Source: Alphaproteobacteria bacterium (lineage in GTDB: Bacteria; Pseudomonadota; Alphaproteobacteria; SP197). From it: 64,000 nt of DNA. Within the stretch, counting starts at the first letter, position 1. Each line of letters begins with the position of its first letter. The DNA lies in contig OZ245842.1 of the NCBI GenBank assembly GCA_965228895.1, positions 320,001-384,000 on the forward strand, read 5' to 3'. A model generated the notes under the pieces. The model had not been told where the DNA came from. It saw only the letters and a list, made by a program, of their open reading frames with translations, and ran no database searches. This document shows, in pieces, positions 50,283 to 61,290 of this stretch. The position numbers were made by a program, and so were the translations under genes.

Positions 50283-51098
50283 ATGGGTGTCGCCGAAACT
50301 GAAGTGAAAAACAGTGTTGGTTGGATCACGATCAACCGTCCGAAGAAAGTCAATGCGCTCTCGTCCGAAACAGTCGGTGCCTTGAGGGAGGCCGTCGAGT
50401 CGTTCGAGGCTGACGAAGACGTCCGCGTCATTGTGCTGCGCGGCGCCGGCGACAATTTTTCCGTTGGCTACGACATCACCGAGGAGGTCGAGGCCGGTTT
50501 GTCCAAGCCCGAGGATTGGCACGGCGCGCTTTCTAACAATGTCGGGCTTTCCATGGCAGTTTGGTCGTCGACCAAACCTACCATCGCCGCCGTTGACGGA
50601 TGGTGTCTAGCGGGTGCCTGCGAGTTGGCGATGGCTTGTGATCTGATCGTTGCAAGCGACCGGGCAAAATTCGGAGAACCGGAGATACGATTTGGTTCGG
50701 GTCCGGTTACGTTGCTGATGCCCTTCGTGCTGGGCCAGAAAAAGACGATGGAATTGCTGCTAACCGGCGACACGATAGGTGCGGATGACGCGGAACGCTT
50801 CGGACTGATCAACAACGTGGTGTCGCCCGAAGCGTTGTTTGACACGGCCCAGGCGCTGGCAGAGAAAATCGCGCTTACGCCTTTGATCACGCTTCGCCTG
50901 ACCAAAATAGCGCTGACCCGGGCCTATGAGGCCATGGGACTCCGCAATGCCGTTAACGTCAACTTGGACTTGGCGGCGACGTTGAACGCTGCCGAGTCGC
51001 CCGAGAAGACACAGTTTGTGGATCTGGTTCGCTCCGAAGGTCTCCGCAAGGCCCTCGACTTTCGCGATCAGCGGTACGGTGCGCTTACAGAGGAGTAA
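50283..51098 (+). CDS. Enoyl-CoA hydratase/isomerase family protein
   Basis: NRPKKVNAL, FSVGYD, AGACEL, FGEPE. Confidence 0.9.
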   Translation: MGVAETEVKNSVGWITINRPKKVNALSSETVGALREAVESFEADEDVRVIVLRGAGDNFSVGYDITEEVEAGLSKPEDWHGALSNNVGLSMAVWSSTKPTIAAVDGWCLAGACELAMACDLIVASDRAKFGEPEIRFGSGPVTLLMPFVLGQKKTMELLLTGDTIGADDAERFGLINNVVSPEALFDTAQALAEKIALTPLITLRLTKIALTRAYEAMGLRNAVNVNLDLAATLNAAESPEKTQFVDLVRSEGLRKALDFRDQRYGALTEE

Positions 51099-51117
51099 CC
51101 GGGCGCGCTCGCGACAA

Positions 51118-51897
51118 TCAGTATGTCGCGTATCCACCATCGACATTGATTGACTGACCAACGATGTGCGGAGACGTCGCAAGAAAGACCACGAGTTCGC
51201 CCATATCCTCGGGCGTTTGCGGCTCGCCTTGGGGAAGCAGTGTTTCAATAAACCGCTCCCAGGCGTCATCGACGGTCTCGCCGTCGTTCCGCCACCGCGA
51301 TGCCAGGCCGTCATCGCTCATCCACATGGCCGTGCCCACCAAGCCCGGGCAGATCGCATTGATGCGAACACCTTTTCGGGCAAACTCCTTGGCGATCGAG
51401 TTGGTAAAGCCAACAACCGCGAACTTCGAGGCGCAGTAGTGTGAAAGCCCCGGAAACCCGATCTTGCCGGCGACGGAAGCGATATTGACGATGGCGCCGC
51501 CGCTCCGCGCCGACATCAATGCGGCCTCGGCCTTGCAACACAGATAGACGCTCTTGACGTTCACCGTCATGACGCGGTCCCACTCCGTCTCTTCCAGATC
51601 GCCGAGCTCGACCGCACCGACAACGCCGGCATTGTTCACGGCAATGTCGAGCTCGCCGAACTCGTCCAACGCCTTCTGCAACATGGTGTCGACCTGGCTG
51701 GCGCTGGTGACGTCGGCGTTGACGGCAACGGCCTGCGCGCCCGACGCTGAAAGATCCTTCGCCGTACTCTCCGCGGCGGCGCCATCGATGTCGGCAATGA
51801 CAACCTTCGCCCCTTCGCGCGCCAGGCACTCGGCAATACCCTTGCCGATTCCCCGACCAGCACCGGTAACCAACGCGACCCTGCCTTTCAGTTTCAT
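51118..51897 (-). CDS. Short-chain dehydrogenase/reductase (butanediol/acetoin reductase-like)
   Basis: TGAGRGIG, NNAG, YCASKFAV, CPGLVGTAMW. Confidence 0.88.
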   Translation of the reverse strand: MKLKGRVALVTGAGRGIGKGIAECLAREGAKVVIADIDGAAAESTAKDLSASGAQAVAVNADVTSASQVDTMLQKALDEFGELDIAVNNAGVVGAVELGDLEETEWDRVMTVNVKSVYLCCKAEAALMSARSGGAIVNIASVAGKIGFPGLSHYCASKFAVVGFTNSIAKEFARKGVRINAICPGLVGTAMWMSDDGLASRWRNDGETVDDAWERFIETLLPQGEPQTPEDMGELVVFLATSPHIVGQSINVDGGYATY

Positions 51898-52299
51898 CTT
51901 CTACCCTCCCGTTTGTCCGTCATGTGGCGTTGCCGTCCAGGTGAGAAGCGTGCGCTATCGACGGCTATCAAGACCATCCCCGCTTTCACCGATGCAGCGG
52001 ACGACAAATGACGTCGCGCGACATCTGGCGAGCCGCGGGAGATGGTTTCGGTGAGTTTTCATAAGTGAGAAAACATTCCGTTTGTCAAGATTGGTAAGGG
52101 AGCCCTTGATCTTCGATCTGAAGACGTTTCGACGTGCAACTTGACCCACTCCACAGTCGCGGTAGTATCGTCTAGTAAATAAAAATATCGCTCACCGAAA
52201 TGACTGTGTTCGACGACGACTTCTTTGGACGAACAAAACGTGGGACAAAAACCCATGGATCGAAGGAAGAGTCATTTCCAACCTGATGGGAGAAAATCA

Positions 52300-53355
52300 A
52301 TGTCTGAAGAACGGCGAGAAGCTCAGGAAGTTGAAGCTGGTGAAATCGACCTAACCCGGCGCATGCTGCTTGGGAGCGGTGCCGCGCTTGGCGCCGCAGC
52401 CGCGGTCGGCGTGCCAAACTTTGCGTGGGCATCCGATAAGGATCCAAAGGATTTTCGTTTCGGCGTTTCGATTCCGTTCAGCGGACTTGACGCTTATCAA
52501 CATCTGATCCAAGGCTACGAGGCTGCCGTCAACGATCTGGGTGGCGACGTGACGATCGTTGAAGCCAACTATGACATCAAGAAACAGGCTGACCAGATTG
52601 CAACGATGGTTGCGTCCGGTGTCGATGCGGTCTGTGTCCTGCCGATCGATCCGGCGGGCATCTCAACCGCTGTGCAGGCGGCCGTCGAGTCCGGCACGCC
52701 GGTCTTCTCGACCAACTCGTATGTGCCGTACGCGACGACGGCCTCGACGTCGATCCACGACGGCTACGGCATGGGCGCGGCAACTGCGCGGTACCTCGTC
52801 AATCGTCTCGGCGGCCAAGGTAAGATCGGTATCATCACGTTGCCACTCAACGAAGGTTGGGCGACGCGTACGATGGGAATGGAGTTCGTCGTTCAGCAGT
52901 ATCCGGATATCGAGATCGTCACAGAGTGGCCGTTCGACGCGACACTAAAGGTCACCGCCCGCGAAGCGGTCGACAATATGCTGACAGCACATCCCGAGTT
53001 GAACGCCATATGGGCGTCATGGGACGGCGCAGCGATCGAAGCCACACTGGCCATGCGTTCGGCGGGACGCGACGATATGTTCGTGACCGGAAACGACGGC
53101 GGCCGCCAGGCATTCGAATACATCCAGGGGAATACGCAGTTCGAGTACACGGTGGTCCAGAGTTTCTTCCAGGAGTCGTATCACAGTATCTACTTCGCCC
53201 ACGAAGTTCTGCAGGGGCGACCTGCGCCGCGTATCGTCATCAACAAGACTTACGGTTGCGGACGAGAGGACTTGGAAGGCGTCGATCTGGATTCGATTGC
53301 CGACTACGATCGCTTCGGTCGCGCCGAGGAGATCGGTTGGGAACGGGTCGCTTAG
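52300..53355 (+). CDS. Sugar-type ABC substrate-binding protein, Tat signal
   Basis: TRRMLL twin-arginine motif; periplasmic binding type I motifs. Confidence 0.87.
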   Translation: MSEERREAQEVEAGEIDLTRRMLLGSGAALGAAAAVGVPNFAWASDKDPKDFRFGVSIPFSGLDAYQHLIQGYEAAVNDLGGDVTIVEANYDIKKQADQIATMVASGVDAVCVLPIDPAGISTAVQAAVESGTPVFSTNSYVPYATTASTSIHDGYGMGAATARYLVNRLGGQGKIGIITLPLNEGWATRTMGMEFVVQQYPDIEIVTEWPFDATLKVTAREAVDNMLTAHPELNAIWASWDGAAIEATLAMRSAGRDDMFVTGNDGGRQAFEYIQGNTQFEYTVVQSFFQESYHSIYFAHEVLQGRPAPRIVINKTYGCGREDLEGVDLDSIADYDRFGRAEEIGWERVA

Positions 53356-53526
53356 CCTTGGCTCACTGATGTTCGGCCAGCCTGTGCCGCAATTCCCAGG
53401 TTGCGCTCGGCTGGCCGGGCACCAACGGCTCGAGATGGTCTTTTGTCCGCCGATGGCGCGGTGCGGCCAATGCGTCGCACCAACCTCGGCGCTGTAACTA
53501 TCACTTCACTCCTCTACTGTTGCCCC

Positions 53527-55041
53527 ATGACAGACGTTCTCAACATGACGGGCATGACCAAGCACTTCGGGTCAGTCGCCGCGCTTAGCAATGTTGACTT
53601 CTCGGTCGCCCCTGGGGAGATCCACGCGCTTTTGGGCGTCAACGGCGCCGGCAAGTCGACACTCGTCAAAATCATCTCCGGACTCTACGCCGCCGATGAA
53701 GGAGACATCCGGATCGACGGTGAGCTTAAGAGTATTCATTCACCTCGCGATGCAATTGACTGCGGGATCGCGTCGGTCCAACAACACCCGGAACTCGTCG
53801 GTAGTCTCTCTGGCTACGAGAACATCTTTCTGGGGCAGGAAGCCGACGATGGCGGTTTGTTCAGAAAGGTGAACCGGCAATCGATGAAAGCGCGGGCAGA
53901 GAAGCTGCTCGAGCGATTCCCGATTCCGATTGATCTGTCGACCAAACTCGAGGACATGGAGAGTGTCGAACGTGAAACCGTTGCCATTCTCCATGCGCTC
54001 AAACAAGAGCACACAAAACTGCTGATTCTCGACGAGCCGACATCGACATTGACGCAGACAGAGGCGAACAAGCTGTTCGACGTGATGCGGGCGCTCAAGC
54101 AGTCGGGAATCGGCATAATCTACATTACGCACCGACTGGAAGAGATTCGAGAGATCGCGGACAGGGTCACGATATTCCGTGACGGCAGGAGCGTTGCCGT
54201 GCTGGATGCCGGCGTCGAATCACTCGACGAAGCGGCTATCTCACGGCACATGCTGCAAGAGGAACTGGAAGAGCTGTTTCCTGCCAAAGGTGCCGCTGTC
54301 GGCGAAGACGAACCGCCTTTGTTGGAGGCGATCGATCTGGGAGTCGACGGCGCCTTTAACAACGTGAACCTGACGCTTAGGCGCGGCGAGATCGTTGGCG
54401 GCTTCGGTCTTGTCGGCTCTGGCGTCGAGGCCGTCGCAATGACGTTGTTCGGCGCCGTGCGGCCCACATCCGGCGAGATCAAAATCAAGGGCGAGACGGC
54501 GAACCTCAAAGGTCCGCGAGACGCACTAAGGAAGGGTATCTTTCTTGTCCCCGGCGATCGCAAGGCCGAGGGATTGACCCTGACAAAGACCATCACCTTC
54601 AACGTCACTCTCGCCAATCTTCAGCGCGCAACCTACCTCGGCGGGCTGTTGCGTCGTCGTCGCAATGTAGAGGACGTTGCCGGCATCTTGGAGGCGCTTG
54701 ATCTGCGTCCGCCGCAACTCTGGCGCCGGGCGTCGGAGTTCAGCGGTGGCAATCAGCAGAAGGTTGTTCTTGCGAAGGGCCTGTTCCGGAAGGCCGAGAT
54801 CTATGTCTTTGTCGAACCGACGGTCGGGGTCGACATCGGCGCACGCTCGAAGCTTTATGCCTTGATGCGCGAGCTGAGCAAGGAAGCCGCCGTTTTGATT
54901 TTGTCTTCGGATGTTGATGAAGTCTTCGGCGTCGCGGACAGCATTTTCGCGCTCTACCGGGGGCGGACGTCAATTCCGCAGTCCCGAGGCTCGTCTCGGG
55001 AAGCCCTGCTCTCAGGTGGTCTGATGGGTAGCATGCAATGA
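53527..55041 (+). CDS. Sugar ABC transporter ATP-binding protein (two ABC domains)
   Basis: GVNGAGKS, LDEPT, SGGNQQK. Confidence 0.92.
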   Translation: MTDVLNMTGMTKHFGSVAALSNVDFSVAPGEIHALLGVNGAGKSTLVKIISGLYAADEGDIRIDGELKSIHSPRDAIDCGIASVQQHPELVGSLSGYENIFLGQEADDGGLFRKVNRQSMKARAEKLLERFPIPIDLSTKLEDMESVERETVAILHALKQEHTKLLILDEPTSTLTQTEANKLFDVMRALKQSGIGIIYITHRLEEIREIADRVTIFRDGRSVAVLDAGVESLDEAAISRHMLQEELEELFPAKGAAVGEDEPPLLEAIDLGVDGAFNNVNLTLRRGEIVGGFGLVGSGVEAVAMTLFGAVRPTSGEIKIKGETANLKGPRDALRKGIFLVPGDRKAEGLTLTKTITFNVTLANLQRATYLGGLLRRRRNVEDVAGILEALDLRPPQLWRRASEFSGGNQQKVVLAKGLFRKAEIYVFVEPTVGVDIGARSKLYALMRELSKEAAVLILSSDVDEVFGVADSIFALYRGRTSIPQSRGSSREALLSGGLMGSMQ

Positions 55042-56039
55042 GTATCGAGGCGATCCGTCCCTTGCTGTATCGGACCTTGGCGTTCATCGCCATCGCCGTC
55101 GTTATCGCGCTAGTTTTCCAGTACTTCACACCCAACTATCTCTCGACTCGAAACATCTCCGCGATCTTCAAGCACATGTCGGTCAATGCTATCACGGCGG
55201 TTGGCCTGACTTTCGTGATCGTGCTGAGGCGCTTCGACCTGTCGCTCGCCGGTGTGGCCTCGTTTAGCGCCATGTCGCTGGGTTTCGCAATCGAACAGAC
55301 CAACAGTCTGGTTGCGTCGATCGCATACTGCGTTGCTGTGGGTGCGACCTGCGGCGTCATCAGCGGCGTACTAATCGGCCGGCTACGGATGCCGGATGTG
55401 GTGACGACGATTGCGATTGGCTCGATCGCTTTCGGTATGGGTTTCGTCTATAGCGGTGGCCGGCAATTCTCGAGAAACTTCTTCTCGTCAGGCATTCTGG
55501 ATATCAACGATGGCCACCTTGCGTTCCTGCCGATGCCGGTCGTCATTATGTTGGTCACCGTTATCGTCGCATTTGTCGCGTTGCATATGTCGCGGTTTGG
55601 CCAGTCGTTCTATGCGGTCGGCGAAAACCCGGTATCAGCGCGCCTTTCCGGTATTCCCATTCGCGCCTATGTCATAACCGGTTTCGTCATTTGCGGGGCG
55701 CTTGTTGGTGTATCGATGATCCTCAATGTGGCGGCTCTGGGGGCCGCCTATGTGAATACGGGAAACCGGATTCTGCTTCCGTCCTACACAGCCGTCTATC
55801 TGGGCGCCGCGATGTTCGGTGCTCCGACCGTGCTTGCGTCTCTTGCCGGCGCGCTACTGATGGCCATGCTGCTTAACGGATTCACAGTCGTCGGCATTCC
55901 GTTCTATTACAGCGACGCCGTCGTCAGCTTCATCTTGATAGCGGCGATTGCCATCTTCAGCCCGCAATCGCTGTCGTGGTTTGCCAAATCGTTCCGTTTA
56001 GTCAGGTCGCGAACGGACCTCGCGCGGGGGCCGGACTGA
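55038..56039 (+). CDS. Sugar ABC transporter permease
   Basis: DLS motif, YAVGENPVSARLSGI. Confidence 0.9.
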   Translation: MSIEAIRPLLYRTLAFIAIAVVIALVFQYFTPNYLSTRNISAIFKHMSVNAITAVGLTFVIVLRRFDLSLAGVASFSAMSLGFAIEQTNSLVASIAYCVAVGATCGVISGVLIGRLRMPDVVTTIAIGSIAFGMGFVYSGGRQFSRNFFSSGILDINDGHLAFLPMPVVIMLVTVIVAFVALHMSRFGQSFYAVGENPVSARLSGIPIRAYVITGFVICGALVGVSMILNVAALGAAYVNTGNRILLPSYTAVYLGAAMFGAPTVLASLAGALLMAMLLNGFTVVGIPFYYSDAVVSFILIAAIAIFSPQSLSWFAKSFRLVRSRTDLARGPD

Positions 56040-57019
56040 TGTCGAGCGCCGGCAACGTCGTTGCGAACGGCAGACGCAATGTAGGGAACCTGGTCGTTTC
56101 GTTCGGCTTGATCGGTGTTCTCTTTCTGGTTGTCGTCGGGGTGTCCGTGGTGGCGCCGGCATTCTTGTCGATCGACAACATTGCAAACACCGTGCGCTCC
56201 GCCAGCGTAGCCGGGCTCATGTTCCTTGGTTTGACATGGGTCTTCGCCGTCGGCGAGATCGATGTCAGTTTTGTCGCGATCGCGGCGCTGACAAACATGA
56301 TCGCCGCGGGCTTGGTCGCGGGAGGGCATGCGTCTTGGGATGTCGCGTTGCTGGTCGGCTTTGCGGCTGGCATCGTCTTCGGCATCGTCAATGGAGTCTT
56401 GATCGCCTATCTCGGGCTCCCGTCACTCGTCACGACGATCGCCGTTGGCGGCATCGCCGGTGCGTTCGCCAATTCGATCGGAGAGGGATACTCCATTGCG
56501 ATCCCGGCCGCGGAGCACCTGAAGTTCATCACCGAAACGACTCTCGGACCTATTCCCCTATTGGCGCCGGTTTGCGGCGCCGCGTTCCTGGTGGCCTGGT
56601 ATGTGCAAGAGCGGCTGACGATTGGTCACTACATCTATGCAATTGCCGAGAACCGCGAAGCCGTGGTCGAGGCCGGTGTGCCGGTCAAGAAGATCGTCTG
56701 CCTTTTGTTCGTGTTTTCAGCCATGTGCGCCAGCTTGGGAGGTGTTCTGTTGACGTTGGAGTTGACGTCCGGTCAACCCTCGATCGCGGCATCGTTCTTT
56801 CTCGAAGGACTCACGGCAGTATTGTTGGGCGGAGCCATGCTGAAACTCGGTAAGCCCAACGTGATTGGAACATTGGTGAGTGTCTTGATACTCGCGACGC
56901 TAGTCCGCGGCGGTGCGTTGCTGGGTTTGCAGGATTCTTGGCTCCAGATATTCAAAGGCGTCCTGTTGATTTCGGGAGTCATGACGATCATCTGGATTAA
57001 TCACAAAAGTAAACAGTGA
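56039..57019 (+). CDS. Sugar ABC transporter permease
   Basis: GEIDVS, YAIAENREAVVEAG; ATG overlaps the upstream TGA. Confidence 0.9.
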   Translation: MSSAGNVVANGRRNVGNLVVSFGLIGVLFLVVVGVSVVAPAFLSIDNIANTVRSASVAGLMFLGLTWVFAVGEIDVSFVAIAALTNMIAAGLVAGGHASWDVALLVGFAAGIVFGIVNGVLIAYLGLPSLVTTIAVGGIAGAFANSIGEGYSIAIPAAEHLKFITETTLGPIPLLAPVCGAAFLVAWYVQERLTIGHYIYAIAENREAVVEAGVPVKKIVCLLFVFSAMCASLGGVLLTLELTSGQPSIAASFFLEGLTAVLLGGAMLKLGKPNVIGTLVSVLILATLVRGGALLGLQDSWLQIFKGVLLISGVMTIIWINHKSKQ

Positions 57020-57095
57020 AGCCGCAACACAATACAAAGAGCGTTCCGTTAGAGAACTACAACTATGCATTTCAGGCTGATCGATTGTATGAATA

Positions 57096-57890
57096 ATGGA
57101 TGAGCTATCTGACAACAAGAGTGTGCTGAACAAGGTCGCGAGCATTCTTGACGCTTTCGGTCAGCCGCCGCATAAGTTCACGTTCACGGATGTCTACGAG
57201 CAGACCGATATTTCAAAGGCCAGCATTCATCGATTGATGGGCCAGCTCGTCGATGCCGGCTTCCTGGAGAAGAGTGGTACCGGTAAGACTTACCAGTTGG
57301 GTAGACGTCTCAACCGCTTGCTGCATTTCAATGCCTCTGGCGCGCTGCTTGAACCGATGTTCAACACCGAACTTCAGTCGGTGGCCGATGCCCTGGGTGA
57401 AGCGGCGTTCGCTGCTCGATTGAGTGGAAACGAAGTCGAACTCTTCGAGGTGTGTGGCCCATCCGCGAAGAACAGCTCCTATCTGCATCCCGGTCTCGGC
57501 ATTCGCCCGATTCACGCATGCTCGTCCGCGAAGTGCATTCTCGCCTATCAAGACGAGGAAGAGATCACGCGTTTGCTTGAGACCAATCTTGCCAAAATCG
57601 CGACAACCGCTAAGCGGACCAAGAAGGATCTACAGAGTGAGTTACTGGAGATTCGGCGAGTTGGATTTGCCGTGTGTGATGAGGAATTGGAGGAGGCCGT
57701 GTACTCCATTGCGTTCCCCATCATGCTTCAGGAGGCGGGCGTCATGTATTCTATCGGCATTGCCGCACCCAAAAGCCGGATCTCCGATGCGACTCTGACA
57801 GTAGTCCGGGATCGGCTGTCGTTAGCTGCCAGCCAAATCGGCAGCTTGCTGGGAACCAGCGTCGAACCTGTGGCAGCACCGCAGGATTGA
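57096..57890 (+). CDS. IclR family regulator
   Basis: N-terminal HTH, HACSSAK, GFAVCDEE. Confidence 0.9.
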   Translation: MDELSDNKSVLNKVASILDAFGQPPHKFTFTDVYEQTDISKASIHRLMGQLVDAGFLEKSGTGKTYQLGRRLNRLLHFNASGALLEPMFNTELQSVADALGEAAFAARLSGNEVELFEVCGPSAKNSSYLHPGLGIRPIHACSSAKCILAYQDEEEITRLLETNLAKIATTAKRTKKDLQSELLEIRRVGFAVCDEELEEAVYSIAFPIMLQEAGVMYSIGIAAPKSRISDATLTVVRDRLSLAASQIGSLLGTSVEPVAAPQD

Positions 57891-58089
57891 GCTGAGCAGT
57901 AGTATAGTTGAACGAAGGGCCAACCTCGCGCTGCGAGATAAGTCCGGGCAAAGAGCGTGCTAAAAATCTCGCTGATTGGGATTTTTGCTTTCTGAACGGG
58001 ACTTTATTCTTCTCTGTAAGGCCGATCTTCGATACCCTCTGACAAAACGGCAGGAATGGCTGGCCCGCCACAACGATGGGAGGTGCTCA

Positions 58090-59064
58090 ATGACAAGCGG
58101 TCTGCAAATGTCGCGTGACCAACTGGAAGACGCTTACGAGCGCATGATCACCATGCGGGAGTTTGACGAGCGCATGCGCGAGGAATTCGCCGCCGGGAGC
58201 ATTCCAGGGTTTGTCCACCTTTATTGCGGCGAGGAGGCTTCTGGCGTCGGGGTGTGCCTGGCATTGGGTGACAAGGACGTCATCTCGTCGACGCACCGCG
58301 GCCACGGACATTGCATCGCCAAGGGCTGCGACGTCGGCGGCATGGTCAAAGAAATCATGGGGCGACGCGATGGTTTGTGCGGTGGCAAAGGTGGTTCGAT
58401 GCACATTGCCGACCTGGCGAAGGGAATGCTCGGCGCGAACGGGATTGTCGGTGCCGGTGGGCCATTGGCCTGCGGGGCTGCACTAACTGCAAAGGCCCAG
58501 GGCACGGGCGGCGTGTCGGTTTGTTTCTACGGAGACGGCGCGTCGAACCAAGGCGCCATACTTGAGAGCTACAACCTGGCCAAGATATGGAATCTGCCGG
58601 TGATCTTCATCTGTGAGGACAATGGTTATGCGGAAGCGACAGCGTCCACTTGGTCGGTATCAGGTTCACAGGTCAGACGAGCCGACGCCTTTGATATGCC
58701 GGCCAAGGAAGTCGATGGCAGAGACTTCTTCGCCGTTTTCGAAGCTGCATCCGAGATGATCGAGCGAGCCCGTGCGGGCAATGGACCTTCGCTGCTTCAC
58801 GTCAAGCTCGACAGGTACTATGGCCACTACGAGGGCGATGCGCAAACCTATCGCGGCGAGGAAGAGGTCGAGGACGCTCGGGCGCAAGATCCGTTGCAGG
58901 CATTTCGCGACCGCGTGATGGAGACATCCTTGTTGGATGCAGAAACACTCGCATCCATTGACGCAAAAGTCAGTTCACTTCTCGAAGAAGCGATCGCGGC
59001 GGCGAAAGAGAGCCCCATGCCGACGGAAGCCGATCTGTTGACAGACGTCTACTCGGCGTACTGA
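58090..59064 (+). CDS. acoA: Acetoin dehydrogenase-type TPP-dependent E1 alpha
   Basis: PGFVHLY, STHRGHGH, GDGASN, YYGHYEGD. Confidence 0.85.
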   Translation: MTSGLQMSRDQLEDAYERMITMREFDERMREEFAAGSIPGFVHLYCGEEASGVGVCLALGDKDVISSTHRGHGHCIAKGCDVGGMVKEIMGRRDGLCGGKGGSMHIADLAKGMLGANGIVGAGGPLACGAALTAKAQGTGGVSVCFYGDGASNQGAILESYNLAKIWNLPVIFICEDNGYAEATASTWSVSGSQVRRADAFDMPAKEVDGRDFFAVFEAASEMIERARAGNGPSLLHVKLDRYYGHYEGDAQTYRGEEEVEDARAQDPLQAFRDRVMETSLLDAETLASIDAKVSSLLEEAIAAAKESPMPTEADLLTDVYSAY

Positions 59065-59082
59065 GCGGGAGGGACGAATCGG

Positions 59083-60105
59083 ATGCCAGTCATCAGTTTC
59101 AGGCAAGCAATCAACGATGCGCTCAGCGGTGAGATGGAGCGGGACCCCACCGTGATCGTCATGGGAGAGGACATCTCAGGCGGCACGGGCGCCGCCGGTG
59201 AACAGGATGCCTGGGGTGGACCAATGGGTGTCACCAAGGGGTTGTACACGAAGTTTGGTCCCGACCGGGTTATGGACACGCACCTTGCAGAAATGTCGTT
59301 CGTTGGCGCGGCAGTCGGTGCCGCGGCAACGGGTATGCGGCCGGTCGTGGAGTTGATGTTTGTCGATTTCATTGGCGTCTGTCTGGACCAGCTCCTTAAT
59401 CAGGCTGCGAAGTTCCGTTACATGTTCGGAGGAAAGGCAACCACCCCGCTTGTCGTCCGCACGATGTACGGCGCGGGTCTCAACGCGGCCGCGCAGCATT
59501 CGCAATCGCTCTATCCGTTGGTCACGCACATTCCCGGTTTGAAGACGGTGATCCCGTCCGGGCCCTACGATGCCAAGGGTCTGCTTCTGCAAGCCATCCG
59601 GGACAATGATCCCGTCATCTTCTTCGAGCATAAGGCGATGTACGAAATGGAGGAGGACGTACCCGACGAGCCCTATGTCATCTCCTTCGGCGAGGCCAAT
59701 GTCGCGCGAGAGGGCGACGACGCTACAATTGTTGCCTTTGGTCGTATGGTCTCGATGGCGCATGAAGCAGCCGACATCCTGGCAAAGGACGGGATTGAAT
59801 GCACCATCGTCGATCCAAGGACGAGTTCCCCGCTCGATGAGGAATGCATCATCGAAACCGTCGAGGAAACCGGGCGGCTCGTTGTCGTTGACGAGAGCAA
59901 TCCGCGCTGTTCGCTGGCAACGGACATCGTCTCGCTTGTGACGACAAATGCGTTCTCCGCACTAAAAGGCCCGCCGCAGGTGGTGACCGCACCTCACTGT
60001 CCGGTTCCGTTCTCACCGACACTGGAGCAAGCCTACATTCCCTCGCCCGAGAAGATCGTTGCGGCGGTGCGGCGAACCATGGGGAAGGAAGGAGACGCCG
60101 CGTAA
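59083..60105 (+). CDS. acoB: Acetoin dehydrogenase-type E1 beta
   Basis: DAWGG insertion, NQAAKFRYMFGG, AQHSQ. Confidence 0.85.
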   Translation: MPVISFRQAINDALSGEMERDPTVIVMGEDISGGTGAAGEQDAWGGPMGVTKGLYTKFGPDRVMDTHLAEMSFVGAAVGAAATGMRPVVELMFVDFIGVCLDQLLNQAAKFRYMFGGKATTPLVVRTMYGAGLNAAAQHSQSLYPLVTHIPGLKTVIPSGPYDAKGLLLQAIRDNDPVIFFEHKAMYEMEEDVPDEPYVISFGEANVAREGDDATIVAFGRMVSMAHEAADILAKDGIECTIVDPRTSSPLDEECIIETVEETGRLVVVDESNPRCSLATDIVSLVTTNAFSALKGPPQVVTAPHCPVPFSPTLEQAYIPSPEKIVAAVRRTMGKEGDAA

Positions 60106-60168
60106 GCGGATCCTCGCCGTCACCGAACCACTCGTTAGATCAACGTCTAGACTCCGAGGAATCCGACC

Positions 60169-61290
60169 ATGGGTGAGATCTTGCCGATAACAATGCCGAA
60201 ATGGGGGCTCGCGATGGATGAGGGCATTGTCGCGATGTGGTCTGCCGAAGAGGGCGACGAGATTGCCACCGGCCAGGAGATTCTGGATATCGAGACATCG
60301 AAGGTCGCGAATGCTTACGAAAGCCCAGTCAGCGGAACGTTACGGCGAAAGGTGGCTGCTGAGGGCGATGTCTTACCTGTCGGCGGGCTAATCGGCGTTG
60401 TCGCTGGCGCGGATGTTCCGGATGGCGACATCGATGCGTTCATCGAGGCGTTCAACGAGAGTTTCGTTCCGCCCGAAAGCTCATCGGACACGACCTCGTC
60501 TGCGGACGCCATCGAGGTCGATGGCCGACGCATCGTCTACCAGATGGCCGGCCCCAACCAAGACGAGGCGATCATCTTCGTCCATGGCTTCGGTTCGGAC
60601 CACAAGTCCTGGCTCATGAATCAGGCGGAGCTGGCCGACTTGATAGCGACATTCGCGGTCGACCTTCCTGGCCACGGGGCATCGGAGAAAGCGATTGAGG
60701 ACGCGTCGGCCGATAGTCTTGCGGACACGGTCGCATCATTCGTCAGCACCATGGAACTTGGCCCCGTTCACTTGGTTGGACATTCTCTCGGCGCAGCCGT
60801 CGTATCGATTGTCGCACACAAGATGCCGGATTCAGTGCGCTCTCTATCGCTGATCGCGCCGGCGGGTCTCGGCGGCACGATTTCGGGCGAGTTTCTCGAC
60901 GGTTTCCTCACCCAAACTCGCGCGAAGAAACTGCGCGCTACACTTGACATGCTGGTTGCGGACCCTGGCCTCATCTCGGCGGAAATGGTTGAGGAGATCG
61001 TGAAGTTCAAGCGCCTGGACGGGGCGCAATCGGCGATCGAAGCTGTCCGGAATGCCAACTTTCCGAGTGATACACAAACTGTCGATGTTGCAGACATTCT
61101 GAAAGCACTGGAGATTCCGATTACAATCATCATCGGCTCAGAAGACCGGATCATTCAGCATGATCCGACTTTCCTACGCGACCTCGGGACCCTGATCGAG
61201 ATCAAAGGAGCGGGTCACATCCCTCACATGGAAAAGGCGGTAGAGGTAAACACGGCGCTCTACGATTTTATCAGTGCCAACATCTCGTAG
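60169..61290 (+). CDS. acoC: AcoC-type dihydrolipoamide acetyltransferase (lipoyl domain + alpha/beta hydrolase)
   Basis: MPKWGL, ETSK lipoyl lysine, HGFG, GHSLG. Confidence 0.85.
   Translation: MGEILPITMPKWGLAMDEGIVAMWSAEEGDEIATGQEILDIETSKVANAYESPVSGTLRRKVAAEGDVLPVGGLIGVVAGADVPDGDIDAFIEAFNESFVPPESSSDTTSSADAIEVDGRRIVYQMAGPNQDEAIIFVHGFGSDHKSWLMNQAELADLIATFAVDLPGHGASEKAIEDASADSLADTVASFVSTMELGPVHLVGHSLGAAVVSIVAHKMPDSVRSLSLIAPAGLGGTISGEFLDGFLTQTRAKKLRATLDMLVADPGLISAEMVEEIVKFKRLDGAQSAIEAVRNANFPSDTQTVDVADILKALEIPITIIIGSEDRIIQHDPTFLRDLGTLIEIKGAGHIPHMEKAVEVNTALYDFISANIS

Noticed and set aside
60169-61290. Lipoyl domain fused to an alpha/beta hydrolase as a novel fusion
   Set aside because: This is the established AcoC architecture of proteobacterial acetoin dehydrogenase systems
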